A stretch of DNA of 64,000 nucleotides from a virus (lineage: Duplodnaviria > Caudoviricetes), in IMG/VR virus record IMGVR_UViG_3300050821_001527, positions 32,001 to 96,000 of that record; one strand, 5' to 3'. This document shows, piece by piece, positions 47,957 through 57,648 of the stretch. The notes beneath the pieces were generated by a model that was given only the letters and a program-made list of their open reading frames with translations, made no database searches and was not told the DNA's origin. Position 1 is the first letter of the stretch, and every line of letters begins with the position of its first letter. The translations under genes and the position numbers were made by a program.

Positions 47957-50900
47957 ATGTCACAGGAATTCTTAACGATGGTAAACGGCAGCAACGAACC
48001 TTTGGATTCGGCGCTGGCGCAAAGCGTTCGCAAGCTGGCTATGGCTATGGCCAGTCTGGACGCCAAGGGCGACCTGAGAAAGTCCTCCATCATTTCCACG
48101 ACATACAACGGAATCGCCAGCGGATTCAGCGTCACATATTCTGACGAAAGCGCGGTCAGTCTGTTCAACACAAACGTTCTTAGCAAGGCCGATTCTCTAG
48201 TATTCGGCGGATACTTGGGATACGATGGTCTTGTCCATGACACCCTCACTGGCTTTGTAACCGAACTTGGGGGAGACACGAATCCGAATTTTGAATCATT
48301 GTTGAGTGCTGTCAACGCCCTTTTCTGTTCCGCAAGCGTAAACAGGTTGAGCCAGTGGCAAACCAAACAGTTACTCACCGCGACTTTCTCCTATTATGCT
48401 TCCGTATATCCAGAGCAGGCTTCGCAGCTTAATGCCACGGGATTCAGGGACGGCGTAATTTCCCGAATCCTTTCGCAGCCGTATAATCTGGTCTTGAGCG
48501 GCATAGCCTTGAACAGCCCGAAGGACGACGAGGTTGATGTTTACCATTATCCATTCTATGATACGACGGGATTGTTTTCGCAGACCGTTGACTATCAAAT
48601 TATGGGGGATTCCGAAACCCAATACTACTATGTATCCGGGGGAATCATCTATGACAACATGCCGTCCTTGGATAACCCCTGCATAAAACAGGCGGTAACT
48701 GGAGAGGATAATACCGTATTCTATGTCTATACCAATCTGCCTTGCACCGACGATGGAAATTCCGTATATCCGGTCAACAACATTTCTTTCTACAGAAAAT
48801 TCCCAGATGCGCCAAATGTTATTGGCTCAGAGGATTTGTCAGAAGTCTTTGCTGGCTTTAACGTTTCGGCGGCACCAGAACTCTACGACCAAAGAACCGG
48901 CTTATGGTCTGACCCTGCTAGACAATACCTGCTAGGCAGAATCAATGTGGACTTGCCGGTTTACGAATCAATCAATACTATTGAGACGGGTCAAGTCCCT
49001 CAAGCTCCTAACCCTACGGGATATAGTCTCTCTCATATCGGGGGAAATAGCCCGCGATGGAGAATCACCGGATACACGAACGACATGCCGCCACAGCCGC
49101 TTTATGATTTCGTGCCGATGACCGGATTCAAAATCATACCTTTGTCTCTGGACAAGAATGTATGGGGCGCGGATTACGCGAAGCTAAGAACCAATCCTGA
49201 TGTCATTCTCGACAAGCTTCTGATTCGTTCCCTAAGTCTGGTGGACTATTTGGATACTGGGACGGTTGGAGGGCCAGCGGTCAACTCTACCTCTTTCGAG
49301 TTGCCGTGTTTGTATGTTAGCGAGCAGCTATACAACAAGACCATGAGCGGCTTTCAAAGCGGGGACTTCTTCTTTGGGACTTTCCAAAATGGTGGAAGCT
49401 TTGATTCTGCTTTGCGTCCGGTTATTAACGGCATGAAATATACCGGCGTTGGCAATTCCGGGGCTTCCTACGATATTGGGGCTACGGGCAACAAACCTAA
49501 GATTTCATTCATGTGGACTGTCCCGAATACGGGATTAACCGGGGCTAACGCGGCATACGCAAAAAAGTGCCTTGGCATGGGAGACGGCGGGGGTGGTATT
49601 CTTTCGACGGAAAGCGGAGCAACCGGATACAATGCCAGTCATCCATACCAAAGCTTTATAGCCAAGAGTGGGGAATCGGTAATCTCAATGGGAGACTTCT
49701 TTAGGGAATTACTGCCGAATGTCATCGGGGCGAATCAGGGGCCAACGCTAAGATTTATTGATGGTTACACTTCCGTTCTCCCGGCGTCCACGACAAATCT
49801 TTGGGGGTATAGCGAAAGTGGCGACCTAATCTCTTTCCACTATTTTCCGGCTTGGGACGGAGGGGTATTGAGTGGTTGGGAAACGCCATTCCCGCAGTCC
49901 GGGCTATTGACTCCAATTATAGTCGAGCAGGATAGAGAAAATTATCTTCCAAGATATTCCACCGGGCCATTCAGTTCGGAAGCCGTGACATTCCTCTACC
50001 CAAGCGCAAGCGGTGTGAATGAGGATTACCCAACCGGATTTCCTTTGGAGGTTATGGTCAATCTTACTGTATCAGAACAGATTGCCAGAGTATTCCATAA
50101 GTCATCCGTAATTTCGAGGGTCTATGTGGGAGGGGTTCCTGTTCTATCTGATAAATTTGACTTGGTGGATAATGACGTATTTGACAGTTACGGCAATTTC
50201 TCAGAGGCTATGCTATGGGCCACGGAGAACAATCCTAACACGGGATTCCTAGAAGCTCTGCCGCCTCCGAATTCGGCCTACGTTGATAACTACTGGTCTG
50301 ACGCTTCTGCTGTATGGGAACACTTTTACGCGGGTGGCGGTGTATCCGCAATGTATTCGGGGCAATGCAGTCAGCCGGGAAAGACTGGGATACTTGTTAC
50401 AAAGGCTCTCGGACTGAATGGTGTGGTTTCCTTGGGCACATACCCTTCTGGTTTCTACGTTTTTGAATACGTGACCGGATGCTATCAGGCCACCGATAAT
50501 CCTTCAACGCCATTTCAGATACAATCAGCAGACCCGCAATCCGGTTATTTCCTGACATATTCTGATGGGGCGGAAATGCAAAAGTTGCCGCTTGATTCGA
50601 CTTTTCATTCGACTGTTCCGGTTTACTCGAACCAGCACCTATCTATTTTCCATACCGGGGGCGCAATGTTTATCTCGGGCAATTTCCCAAGCACTTATTC
50701 AAATCCTTCTAGGGTCGCCCCTGTGACGATAAGGCTTGAAAAGGATTGCGACTCATGCCTGCAAGTATTCCAAGTCATTTCTCCGAATCAGGTTAGCGGA
50801 GGTGGCTGTAAATACCTTGGTGAATCCCAGAATTTCGCATGTTGCCCAATCGTGAAGACTTATCCGAGCGGAATGCTACAGGCTTATTCTGCTAGGGGAA

Positions 50901-52606
50901 ATTCTGTCCCTTCATTTGTCAAGGGGCTTAGGGAAATCTCTTTGGAAAGAGTCGCGGCGTGTGGTGGTCAATGTTTCGCATTTCACTTCGCTAGGCACCG
51001 TTATTCTGCTGATGGCCCGGACTACTACTCAATCATGCCGGACTTGGACAGGGATTTGCCATTCCACGGGCAGCAGAGCCAGAACGTCAACGTTACGCTG
51101 AAATATACATTACCAGCCACAAGTCTGCGAGACATGAACCTGCACCCTGAATACGCCGACAATGCGTTACAGACATTCTTCTGTGGCAGTTCGGGTTCTC
51201 CGATTTCAGCACTTGCAGGATGCTCTAACCCGATTTACAATAGGTCTGGTGAGTTGATTCAAGATGGGTATGACTTGATTTGGTTGGAGAGGGTCGCTGG
51301 TAATTTGGGGGTGGATGGGCAATATCACTCGCAGGGGCTTTACGGGGACGCTTGGTTCGGCATGACCGGGGGTTATGGACTGGATACTTCCGATTGTGAT
51401 TGCGTCAAGAGAAATCCTTCCGCCGACCAATCGCTCATCGAATTAAATCTGCGCCCCGGTTTTGAGGTTGCCCTGCATACTAGAGCCATGAATTTGACAC
51501 CGGGCTTCTATGCCGTTGAGCCGCAGGACGGGCAGAATTGGTTCTACAACTTCGACCTCACTGGAATCGAACGCGCCCATCGTATCGGAGGAGCTTCATC
51601 CTCAATCTCGGAGGCGATAAAAGCTTTCGTGACTACCGGATTTAGCGAGTATGCCTACGAATCCCCGGATTACATCTGGCCTGCTCCGGGCGATGACTAC
51701 GCAACGATTTGCAGCGGGATGGACTCAAGGGGTAATGCCACCACCAAGGGCGTGAAATACTACTGGCAACAGAAGGTTTTGGAGAATGGGGTGCCTATTA
51801 CGGGCTTCCGTTTCCGCGATAAGGCGAGGCTCAACTTCAAAATAAATTCAATAAAATTCAATAAATATGGAAGTCAGCCCATAGACTATGAGCAAAACAT
51901 CCAACTGACCGGCCAATGCAGGATTTCCGGGGAGTTCGGATACGACAGTCAGGCCGAGTCTGCTGTATTCTCGGAGGGCATTTTCCTCAAAGACGTATCC
52001 AAGAACGCTCCATTAGCCTCATTCTATGCCCCTAGCTTCGCTTCTGACGTGCTTTTGAGGCTTCCGCTAGTGGAATCAGGCTCCCCTACCTCTCCGATTC
52101 AACCTGCGCCATCCAAGTGCGTTACGAGGGTGAACGTGCCCCACATCAGCAACAGGGGCAATATCTACGCCCCTCACTTGACACAAGGCCCATTTTACTA
52201 CAACCGTTACGTGGTTCCGGCCATGAGCGACCTATCGGTGTTGAACGAGGGCAACGATTTCGCCGGGTTTGAGCAAGTTCTTGCCAACGACGGCACCATA
52301 TTCCCCAACTCCGTGTTCCTGTTGAGCGCATCCATTTCTCAACATACCGGAACTCCTTATGAGCCATTTATGAGGATTCCGAATGCTCCGAAGATTTACT
52401 ACTTGGAAGACATGAGGCAGTTCTATGATTCATCCGTAACCGACGCCATTCTGAACAGTGGGTGGTTCGTAACGACTGGTAGGGGGCCGAAAGTCACGCT
52501 GAATCAATCCGACGCATCGGGATTCATGGGGCCGTTAAACGCATCCTACAATCTCTGGCAGTTGGGCATATACGACGTGGCCGAATACACGGGTTATTCC
52601 TCCTGA
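47957..52606 (+). CDS. Giant orphan protein, probably virion-associated
   Basis: 1549 aa, S/G/T/Y-rich like the structural genes; no catalytic motif recognised; convergent 13-bp overlap with dnaE. Confidence 0.6.
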   Translation: MSQEFLTMVNGSNEPLDSALAQSVRKLAMAMASLDAKGDLRKSSIISTTYNGIASGFSVTYSDESAVSLFNTNVLSKADSLVFGGYLGYDGLVHDTLTGFVTELGGDTNPNFESLLSAVNALFCSASVNRLSQWQTKQLLTATFSYYASVYPEQASQLNATGFRDGVISRILSQPYNLVLSGIALNSPKDDEVDVYHYPFYDTTGLFSQTVDYQIMGDSETQYYYVSGGIIYDNMPSLDNPCIKQAVTGEDNTVFYVYTNLPCTDDGNSVYPVNNISFYRKFPDAPNVIGSEDLSEVFAGFNVSAAPELYDQRTGLWSDPARQYLLGRINVDLPVYESINTIETGQVPQAPNPTGYSLSHIGGNSPRWRITGYTNDMPPQPLYDFVPMTGFKIIPLSLDKNVWGADYAKLRTNPDVILDKLLIRSLSLVDYLDTGTVGGPAVNSTSFELPCLYVSEQLYNKTMSGFQSGDFFFGTFQNGGSFDSALRPVINGMKYTGVGNSGASYDIGATGNKPKISFMWTVPNTGLTGANAAYAKKCLGMGDGGGGILSTESGATGYNASHPYQSFIAKSGESVISMGDFFRELLPNVIGANQGPTLRFIDGYTSVLPASTTNLWGYSESGDLISFHYFPAWDGGVLSGWETPFPQSGLLTPIIVEQDRENYLPRYSTGPFSSEAVTFLYPSASGVNEDYPTGFPLEVMVNLTVSEQIARVFHKSSVISRVYVGGVPVLSDKFDLVDNDVFDSYGNFSEAMLWATENNPNTGFLEALPPPNSAYVDNYWSDASAVWEHFYAGGGVSAMYSGQCSQPGKTGILVTKALGLNGVVSLGTYPSGFYVFEYVTGCYQATDNPSTPFQIQSADPQSGYFLTYSDGAEMQKLPLDSTFHSTVPVYSNQHLSIFHTGGAMFISGNFPSTYSNPSRVAPVTIRLEKDCDSCLQVFQVISPNQVSGGGCKYLGESQNFACCPIVKTYPSGMLQAYSARGNSVPSFVKGLREISLERVAACGGQCFAFHFARHRYSADGPDYYSIMPDLDRDLPFHGQQSQNVNVTLKYTLPATSLRDMNLHPEYADNALQTFFCGSSGSPISALAGCSNPIYNRSGELIQDGYDLIWLERVAGNLGVDGQYHSQGLYGDAWFGMTGGYGLDTSDCDCVKRNPSADQSLIELNLRPGFEVALHTRAMNLTPGFYAVEPQDGQNWFYNFDLTGIERAHRIGGASSSISEAIKAFVTTGFSEYAYESPDYIWPAPGDDYATICSGMDSRGNATTKGVKYYWQQKVLENGVPITGFRFRDKARLNFKINSIKFNKYGSQPIDYEQNIQLTGQCRISGEFGYDSQAESAVFSEGIFLKDVSKNAPLASFYAPSFASDVLLRLPLVESGSPTSPIQPAPSKCVTRVNVPHISNRGNIYAPHLTQGPFYYNRYVVPAMSDLSVLNEGNDFAGFEQVLANDGTIFPNSVFLLSASISQHTGTPYEPFMRIPNAPKIYYLEDMRQFYDSSVTDAILNSGWFVTTGRGPKVTLNQSDASGFMGPLNASYNLWQLGIYDVAEYTGYSS

Positions 52607-55158
52607 GATTTACAGTCGGATAGCTTGGTGTAAATTTTGTTCTGCTGGACTGCGATAAGGTCGGCGAAAATCGTGCCTTCCTTTTTCGTGCCCTTGACGA
52701 TAACAATGTCGCCCTCTTTGGGTAAGCGGATATTCAAACTTTCGCATTCTTCAAGTTTCTTATTGAAAATCATTACCTTGGTCGAGCCGGTTTCGTCGGC
52801 TACGAACATGGATGCGTATTTGCTGCCCTTGCCTCTGGATACGCCGCGCTTGACTTCCTCGGAGATTTTACCGATGAACACGACACGCGAATCCATGTCG
52901 CTGTCGTTGACCTTGCCGACTTCGGTAAGACCTTCAATCTTCTCCTGAAAAATATCAATCAGTCGGCAGCTAGAAGCATAGCCCAACAAGGAGTTCTCAT
53001 ACCACCAATTAGCGAATCTTTCGCAAAGTATGTTCTGTTCGTAAATGACCTTGTAGTTCTTGGCCTTTTCACGGATGGTGGCGACTCGCGTTTCCTTGAT
53101 TATCAGTTTGCCCTTTTCATTTCTCAACGTGGTCAGATGCTTGAGTGTCTTGACCAAATCGTAGTTGAATGTCGGGGCATACTGCAAGACAAGCGGCTTC
53201 TCCCTGTCCGTGAGGACGTTCCAAAGTTGGGCTTCGTAAACGGTCTTGACGCGGGAATTTTTATAGTCTTCGAGCGCACCGGCTTGGACAAGCGCGGAGA
53301 GAATACCAATGGACAGCCCACACTGTTTAGCCGCCTCAAACATTTCCAACTTGGAGAGCGACTTGGATTTGAATTTGAGAAGCTTGTCAATCGTCTTTTC
53401 GGAAACCCCCTTGATGGATGAAAGACCGAAGCGAATGTTGTTGCCTTCAATGGAAAAGTCCACTTCCGACTTCTGCAAGTGCGGCGGTAAAAGCTTGAGG
53501 TCGAAATGAGCCATTTCTTTCTGGATGATGGAGATTTCCCCAATCGGGTCAGGTTCGTGTCTGCTCATTTGGAGCAACGCCAAGAAAAATTCCTTCGGGT
53601 GGTTGAATTTCAGATAGACCGTCGAGGCGGCGAGGGCGGCATAGGAACAGGAGTGCGACTTGTTGAATGAGTAGTTCGCCGAGTCTTCCAGAACCTTCCA
53701 CAGCACGTCACCGACTTCGACGGGAAGATTACTCTCTTTGACCTTATCGGAAATGCGCTGCTTCCAAGCCTTGACTTCCTCAACCTTTTTCTTACCGACG
53801 ATTCGGCGTAGAATTTCAGCTTCGTCGAGTGTGAAGCCAATCTTGTGAGCCATCTGCATCATCTGCTCCTGATAAAGACAGACGCCGCCCGTAACTTTCA
53901 GGATACTGTCGAAGAACGGATGAATGGCTTCATATTCCCCGTTGTTCGTGTAAGCAGCGAATTTGTCCACGAACGCCATAGCACCGGGGCGGGCCAGAGC
54001 GAGAATCGCGCTCAATTCTTCCATGTTCTTAGGCTTGACCTTCTGCGTAACCTTGAACGCTAGGTCGGCTTCGATTTGGAATAACCCGTGAGGACACTTC
54101 AAGTCGTAGAGATTTTGATAGATGGTAGGATGCTCCAAGTCAAGGTCGGCAACTTTCTTGCCTAGAAGCTTGCATACTCTGTCAATGACGGAAACGCTGC
54201 GAAGACCGAGGGCGTCAAGTTTGACGTTCGACAACGCCACCCAATTCATGTCGTATGACGATACAATGTCTCCATCCGAGGATAGCTCTGTCGGGGAATT
54301 CCCGTCCAAATCGTCGTAGGAAAGCAGGATGCCGGAAGCATGGACGCCTTTGTTCTTAATAAGGTCGCGCAGTTTTAGGGCCGTCTGATAGACTCGCGGA
54401 TTTGCGTCTGCCCATTTTTTGAATTCCTCGGAGTGGGAGTAGGCTACTTCCAAGTCTTCGACGTTGCCGAAAATCTTGGGAATCATGGCCGAGACTTCCT
54501 TCATTTCTTCCTCGGACTTGCTGCCGATGATTTTACCGCACTCCTTGATTAGCAGTTTGCCGCTCAAGGTGGTCAGCGTAAGAATTTTCCCGGTCTTGCC
54601 TTTGAATTTTTGGTCGAGGTATTCGAGAACCTTGTGACGGCTGTAAAAGCAAATGTCCAAGTCAATATCACACATGAGCGAACCATCGAGATACGTCACG
54701 CCGTCAACCACCTGTTTCTTGGCACGGGTCTTGGATATGAAACGCTCGAAATACAAACCATACTTGATAGGGTCAATCTTGGTGACGCCAATCAGGTAGA
54801 GAACCAAACTGCCCGCCGCGCTACCACGACCCACCCCTGTCGGAATGTCATTTTCCACGCAGAAGTTGATTACGTCCCAAACCAGCAGCATGTAATCCAC
54901 GAAGCCAAGCTCGTTGATGATGTTGAGTTCAAGTTTAACCCTGTCCGCATATTGGGCATAGGCAGGGGACTTTTTATCCAATTTTAATGCCTTGAAGCCC
55001 TTGAGACAAAGGCCGTGGAGGAATTCGTAATTGGTGCAGTCATTGTCCAGACCGATTTGTTTCTTGTAGCGAGGCTCAATTTTGAACTGAGGAAGTCTGA
55101 CGCCGTGCATAGGAATATCCACAGTCTCGAAAGACGATATGAAGTTTGATGGTGTCAT
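52594..55158 (-). CDS. dnaE: DNA polymerase III alpha catalytic part (family C), lacking the PHP domain
   Basis: GRGSAAGSLVLYLIGVTKIDP, CDIDLD, HASG, KLDALGL, LFQ, LARPG, YQEQ.M, YSFNKSHS and a C-terminal OB fold; 854 aa. Confidence 0.95.
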   Translation of the reverse strand: MTPSNFISSFETVDIPMHGVRLPQFKIEPRYKKQIGLDNDCTNYEFLHGLCLKGFKALKLDKKSPAYAQYADRVKLELNIINELGFVDYMLLVWDVINFCVENDIPTGVGRGSAAGSLVLYLIGVTKIDPIKYGLYFERFISKTRAKKQVVDGVTYLDGSLMCDIDLDICFYSRHKVLEYLDQKFKGKTGKILTLTTLSGKLLIKECGKIIGSKSEEEMKEVSAMIPKIFGNVEDLEVAYSHSEEFKKWADANPRVYQTALKLRDLIKNKGVHASGILLSYDDLDGNSPTELSSDGDIVSSYDMNWVALSNVKLDALGLRSVSVIDRVCKLLGKKVADLDLEHPTIYQNLYDLKCPHGLFQIEADLAFKVTQKVKPKNMEELSAILALARPGAMAFVDKFAAYTNNGEYEAIHPFFDSILKVTGGVCLYQEQMMQMAHKIGFTLDEAEILRRIVGKKKVEEVKAWKQRISDKVKESNLPVEVGDVLWKVLEDSANYSFNKSHSCSYAALAASTVYLKFNHPKEFFLALLQMSRHEPDPIGEISIIQKEMAHFDLKLLPPHLQKSEVDFSIEGNNIRFGLSSIKGVSEKTIDKLLKFKSKSLSKLEMFEAAKQCGLSIGILSALVQAGALEDYKNSRVKTVYEAQLWNVLTDREKPLVLQYAPTFNYDLVKTLKHLTTLRNEKGKLIIKETRVATIREKAKNYKVIYEQNILCERFANWWYENSLLGYASSCRLIDIFQEKIEGLTEVGKVNDSDMDSRVVFIGKISEEVKRGVSRGKGSKYASMFVADETGSTKVMIFNKKLEECESLNIRLPKEGDIVIVKGTKKEGTIFADLIAVQQNKIYTKLSDCKSQEE

Positions 55159-55159
55159 G

Positions 55160-55807
55160 TTAGATTTCGATTTGAAACTTCTGCTTGTTCCAGACTTTCA
55201 CGTTCAACTGTAAGTCAACGATGGCGTTGTGCAGGTTTGCGTAGTCATGGTCAATATTATACTCTTTACCAAGGGCGGTCAAGGATGTTTTTGTTCCTCT
55301 GACTGACCTGTTGAGCATTCGATATTGATACTCGATAAGCGACCCCATGTTTCTGTCGTATGGAATGCTGAGTTTCATTCCGAGAGCCAAGCATCGGGTG
55401 TCAATCATCTTGGGGGTGAAATGCTTCCAAGGTCTGTTCAGATATTCCGCCCAGCCTTTTAGGATATAGGCGTCGAAGTTGAGGATGTTGTGTCCGGCGA
55501 TAAAGTCGCATTCCTCAAAATATTTTTCGGCGGTCATCCAAACTTCCTTGGGGTCTTTGCCTAGCGCAAGAAGCTTGCTGTGGTCGTATCGCGTAATGCG
55601 GGCGGCTTCGGCACCGACTCTCAAGTCAGTCTGCTTCGTCCAGTTGACTAGCATGTCCTCCGACCCAATGATGTTGTCGCCTTGGACTTTGACGATACCC
55701 AACTGCCACGCCCTATTCTGCCTGAAATTCAGGCAGAGATTAAAAGTTTCCGCGTCGAAGAAGCAATACGTCTTTTTCTTGTCAAACCTAAGCAGTTCTT
55801 CAAACAT
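55160..55807 (-). CDS. DEDDh 3'-5' exonuclease (DnaQ/epsilon-like)
   Basis: FFDAET (ExoI), GHNILNFD (ExoII), HNAIVD (ExoIII); start set at ATG 55807, overlapping the PHP stop. Confidence 0.9.
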   Translation of the reverse strand: MFEELLRFDKKKTYCFFDAETFNLCLNFRQNRAWQLGIVKVQGDNIIGSEDMLVNWTKQTDLRVGAEAARITRYDHSKLLALGKDPKEVWMTAEKYFEECDFIAGHNILNFDAYILKGWAEYLNRPWKHFTPKMIDTRCLALGMKLSIPYDRNMGSLIEYQYRMLNRSVRGTKTSLTALGKEYNIDHDYANLHNAIVDLQLNVKVWNKQKFQIEI

Positions 55808-56588
55808 TCGCGGCCTCCTTCCATGCTTCAAAGCAAAAATCGTCGCTGCACAAATGGTCTAGGTCTGGATTTTCCAGAGTGGAGCGGTTATTGATACATC
55901 TGGCCGTGAGATAGGCAATGAAGTCATCGCGGTTCTCGTAGAAGATGCTCTTGGCCGCAATTTCCTGATACTTGTTCGTCGCCAAATACTCGGTAAGGCG
56001 CGTTTGCAGGAATTGGTCGAACGGCATGTTATTGTCCTCACGAAAGAACACGGGTTCGATTGAAGAAAAGTCAGGGACGCATGAACCGCAGCTAAGAGTG
56101 TTCATGTAGAGGAACGAATCGTAGAACGGAACCGCCAGTTGCAGATTTTTCGTCCACAGTTTCTTGAGGGTGGGATAATCAATATGTGGAACCTTTGCCT
56201 GCTGGCTGACACCGGAGAAAAGACCTTGTGAAGCGGCAAGGCTCCAAATCCTGCATAGGTCGCCGTAGCCTTCGGTGTTGCGAATGAAGATTATGATTTT
56301 TGACCTTTTGCAGACCGAGGCGGGCGTCATGTCGGCGAGGGATTCGGTTACAAACATCCTGATACCGTAAATCAGCTTCATCTTGGCGGCTTTGGCGTTC
56401 TTAAAAGCTTCCAAAAAGCTTGAAAAATTGTCCTCTACCAAGACAAGCTCCCCAAGACCGGCTTCCTTAGCCAAGGAGATAATCGAAACCGGCGAGTGCG
56501 GCTTCTTCTCGGAGTTTTCCAAGGTTAGGATGGATTTGCCAATGGAGTAGTGAGACTTCCACAACGGCAAGACTTTAAAATCGGTCAT
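55800..56588 (-). CDS. Stand-alone PHP domain of DNA polymerase III alpha
   Basis: LWKSHYSIGKS, LVLVEDN..SFLEA...KLIYGI, IFIRNTEGYGDLCRIWS align with the DnaE PHP domain. Confidence 0.85.
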   Translation of the reverse strand: MTDFKVLPLWKSHYSIGKSILTLENSEKKPHSPVSIISLAKEAGLGELVLVEDNFSSFLEAFKNAKAAKMKLIYGIRMFVTESLADMTPASVCKRSKIIIFIRNTEGYGDLCRIWSLAASQGLFSGVSQQAKVPHIDYPTLKKLWTKNLQLAVPFYDSFLYMNTLSCGSCVPDFSSIEPVFFREDNNMPFDQFLQTRLTEYLATNKYQEIAAKSIFYENRDDFIAYLTARCINNRSTLENPDLDHLCSDDFCFEAWKEAANV

Positions 56589-56594
56589 TGTAAT

Positions 56595-56623
56595 ATACTG
56601 GCACGTTTTTCACAAAAAGTCAA
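56595..56623 (-). promoter_or_regulatory. Sigma70-type promoter, leaderless
   Basis: TTGACT-17 nt-CAGTAT-6 nt-ATG(56588). Confidence 0.6.
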
Positions 56624-56628
56624 GGGAT

Positions 56629-57648
56629 TTAAAACGTGTCAATCGGAGGGCGGTATTTAGGGCATCCGGCGTAGTGGAGCTTGATGATTGATTGACCCTC
56701 TTTGGCGGTTAAATCATCCTTTAGACTGGTTTGGACGACCTTTCCGTCCTTGTCCTTGAGGGCGTAGTAAAAAAATGGAAATTTATATGGGCAATGCCAC
56801 ATAGGGGTTCCATCCTTCTTTAACTGGTCGGGTCTGGTGGCAAATCCGCAGGCCAGCCTGCCGTGGAACGAGCCGTCCTTGGGGATTGGGTGGTCGGCGG
56901 CGAAATTTGCGTAAGCATCATTGATGTGGAAATTGTCAACCCTTTTCTGCACATCAGCAAGGTAATACTCAAATCCTTTGAGTGTCTGGTCGGAGAATGC
57001 GACTTCCTGATGCGGCTCCTTCGGATACTGCAAAAAGATGAACCTGACTTTGGGAGTCAAATCTGGCCAGAGCTTCTTGCAGGCCAGTGAATACATGAGA
57101 GCCTGAACGCTAGAATTGATGTCCTCGCCGGAATATTTCAGCTTCGAGGATTTGAAGTCGTCAATGACTATGTGCGTTTTGGTTAGGGCGATTTTGTCAA
57201 TCGTTCCGTAAATGAAGTATCTCGGAGTCTCGCTTTGGATTTTAAAACGATGCTCCTTACCCACGACTTTTCCGCCCTTAACGAAGAAGTCCGTCTTTAG
57301 CCCGACGAGAATCATGCCGTCAATCTTCTCGAAGGTTTCCTTATCGTCGAGAAGATGATTGTTCCTAATCAGCTTTCTGACCAGCCTTTCAGTGGAGGGC
57401 TTGGCGCAAATGGTTCCCGCTTTGACTATGGCGGTGAATGTTTTCTTGCGTCTTGGATTAAGCAGGCACTCAAAGAATGAGTGGCAGACGTTCCCCATTA
57501 ACGCCCCTCGGTTGTCCTTCTGCGGGAGCTTGAGAATGTAGTTGCAGTAATAGAGCCAGCTACACGTCTCAAGAGATTTGAGCGCGGAACTTCTGAGGAA
57601 ATTCTCTCCGTCTGACTGATAGAACGAAGCATCTGTTTCGCGCTTCAT
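56629..57648 (-). CDS. PD-(D/E)xK exonuclease, AddB/RecB/Cas4-like
   Basis: LRSSALKSLETC..Y, GNVCH, GTIDKI, IDDFKS and C-terminal Cys (C...WHCPY...C); start set at the ATGA overlap with the primase stop (57648). Confidence 0.85.
   Translation of the reverse strand: MKRETDASFYQSDGENFLRSSALKSLETCSWLYYCNYILKLPQKDNRGALMGNVCHSFFECLLNPRRKKTFTAIVKAGTICAKPSTERLVRKLIRNNHLLDDKETFEKIDGMILVGLKTDFFVKGGKVVGKEHRFKIQSETPRYFIYGTIDKIALTKTHIVIDDFKSSKLKYSGEDINSSVQALMYSLACKKLWPDLTPKVRFIFLQYPKEPHQEVAFSDQTLKGFEYYLADVQKRVDNFHINDAYANFAADHPIPKDGSFHGRLACGFATRPDQLKKDGTPMWHCPYKFPFFYYALKDKDGKVVQTSLKDDLTAKEGQSIIKLHYAGCPKYRPPIDTF

Noticed and set aside
52594-56588. Split-intein DnaE as in cyanobacteria
   Set aside because: There are no intein splice motifs at the PHP C-terminus or the core N-terminus, and the split lies at the PHP boundary.
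56629-57648. CRISPR-associated Cas4
   Set aside because: There is no array or other cas gene; the position among primase and polymerase genes fits a stand-alone phage AddB/Cas4-like exonuclease.
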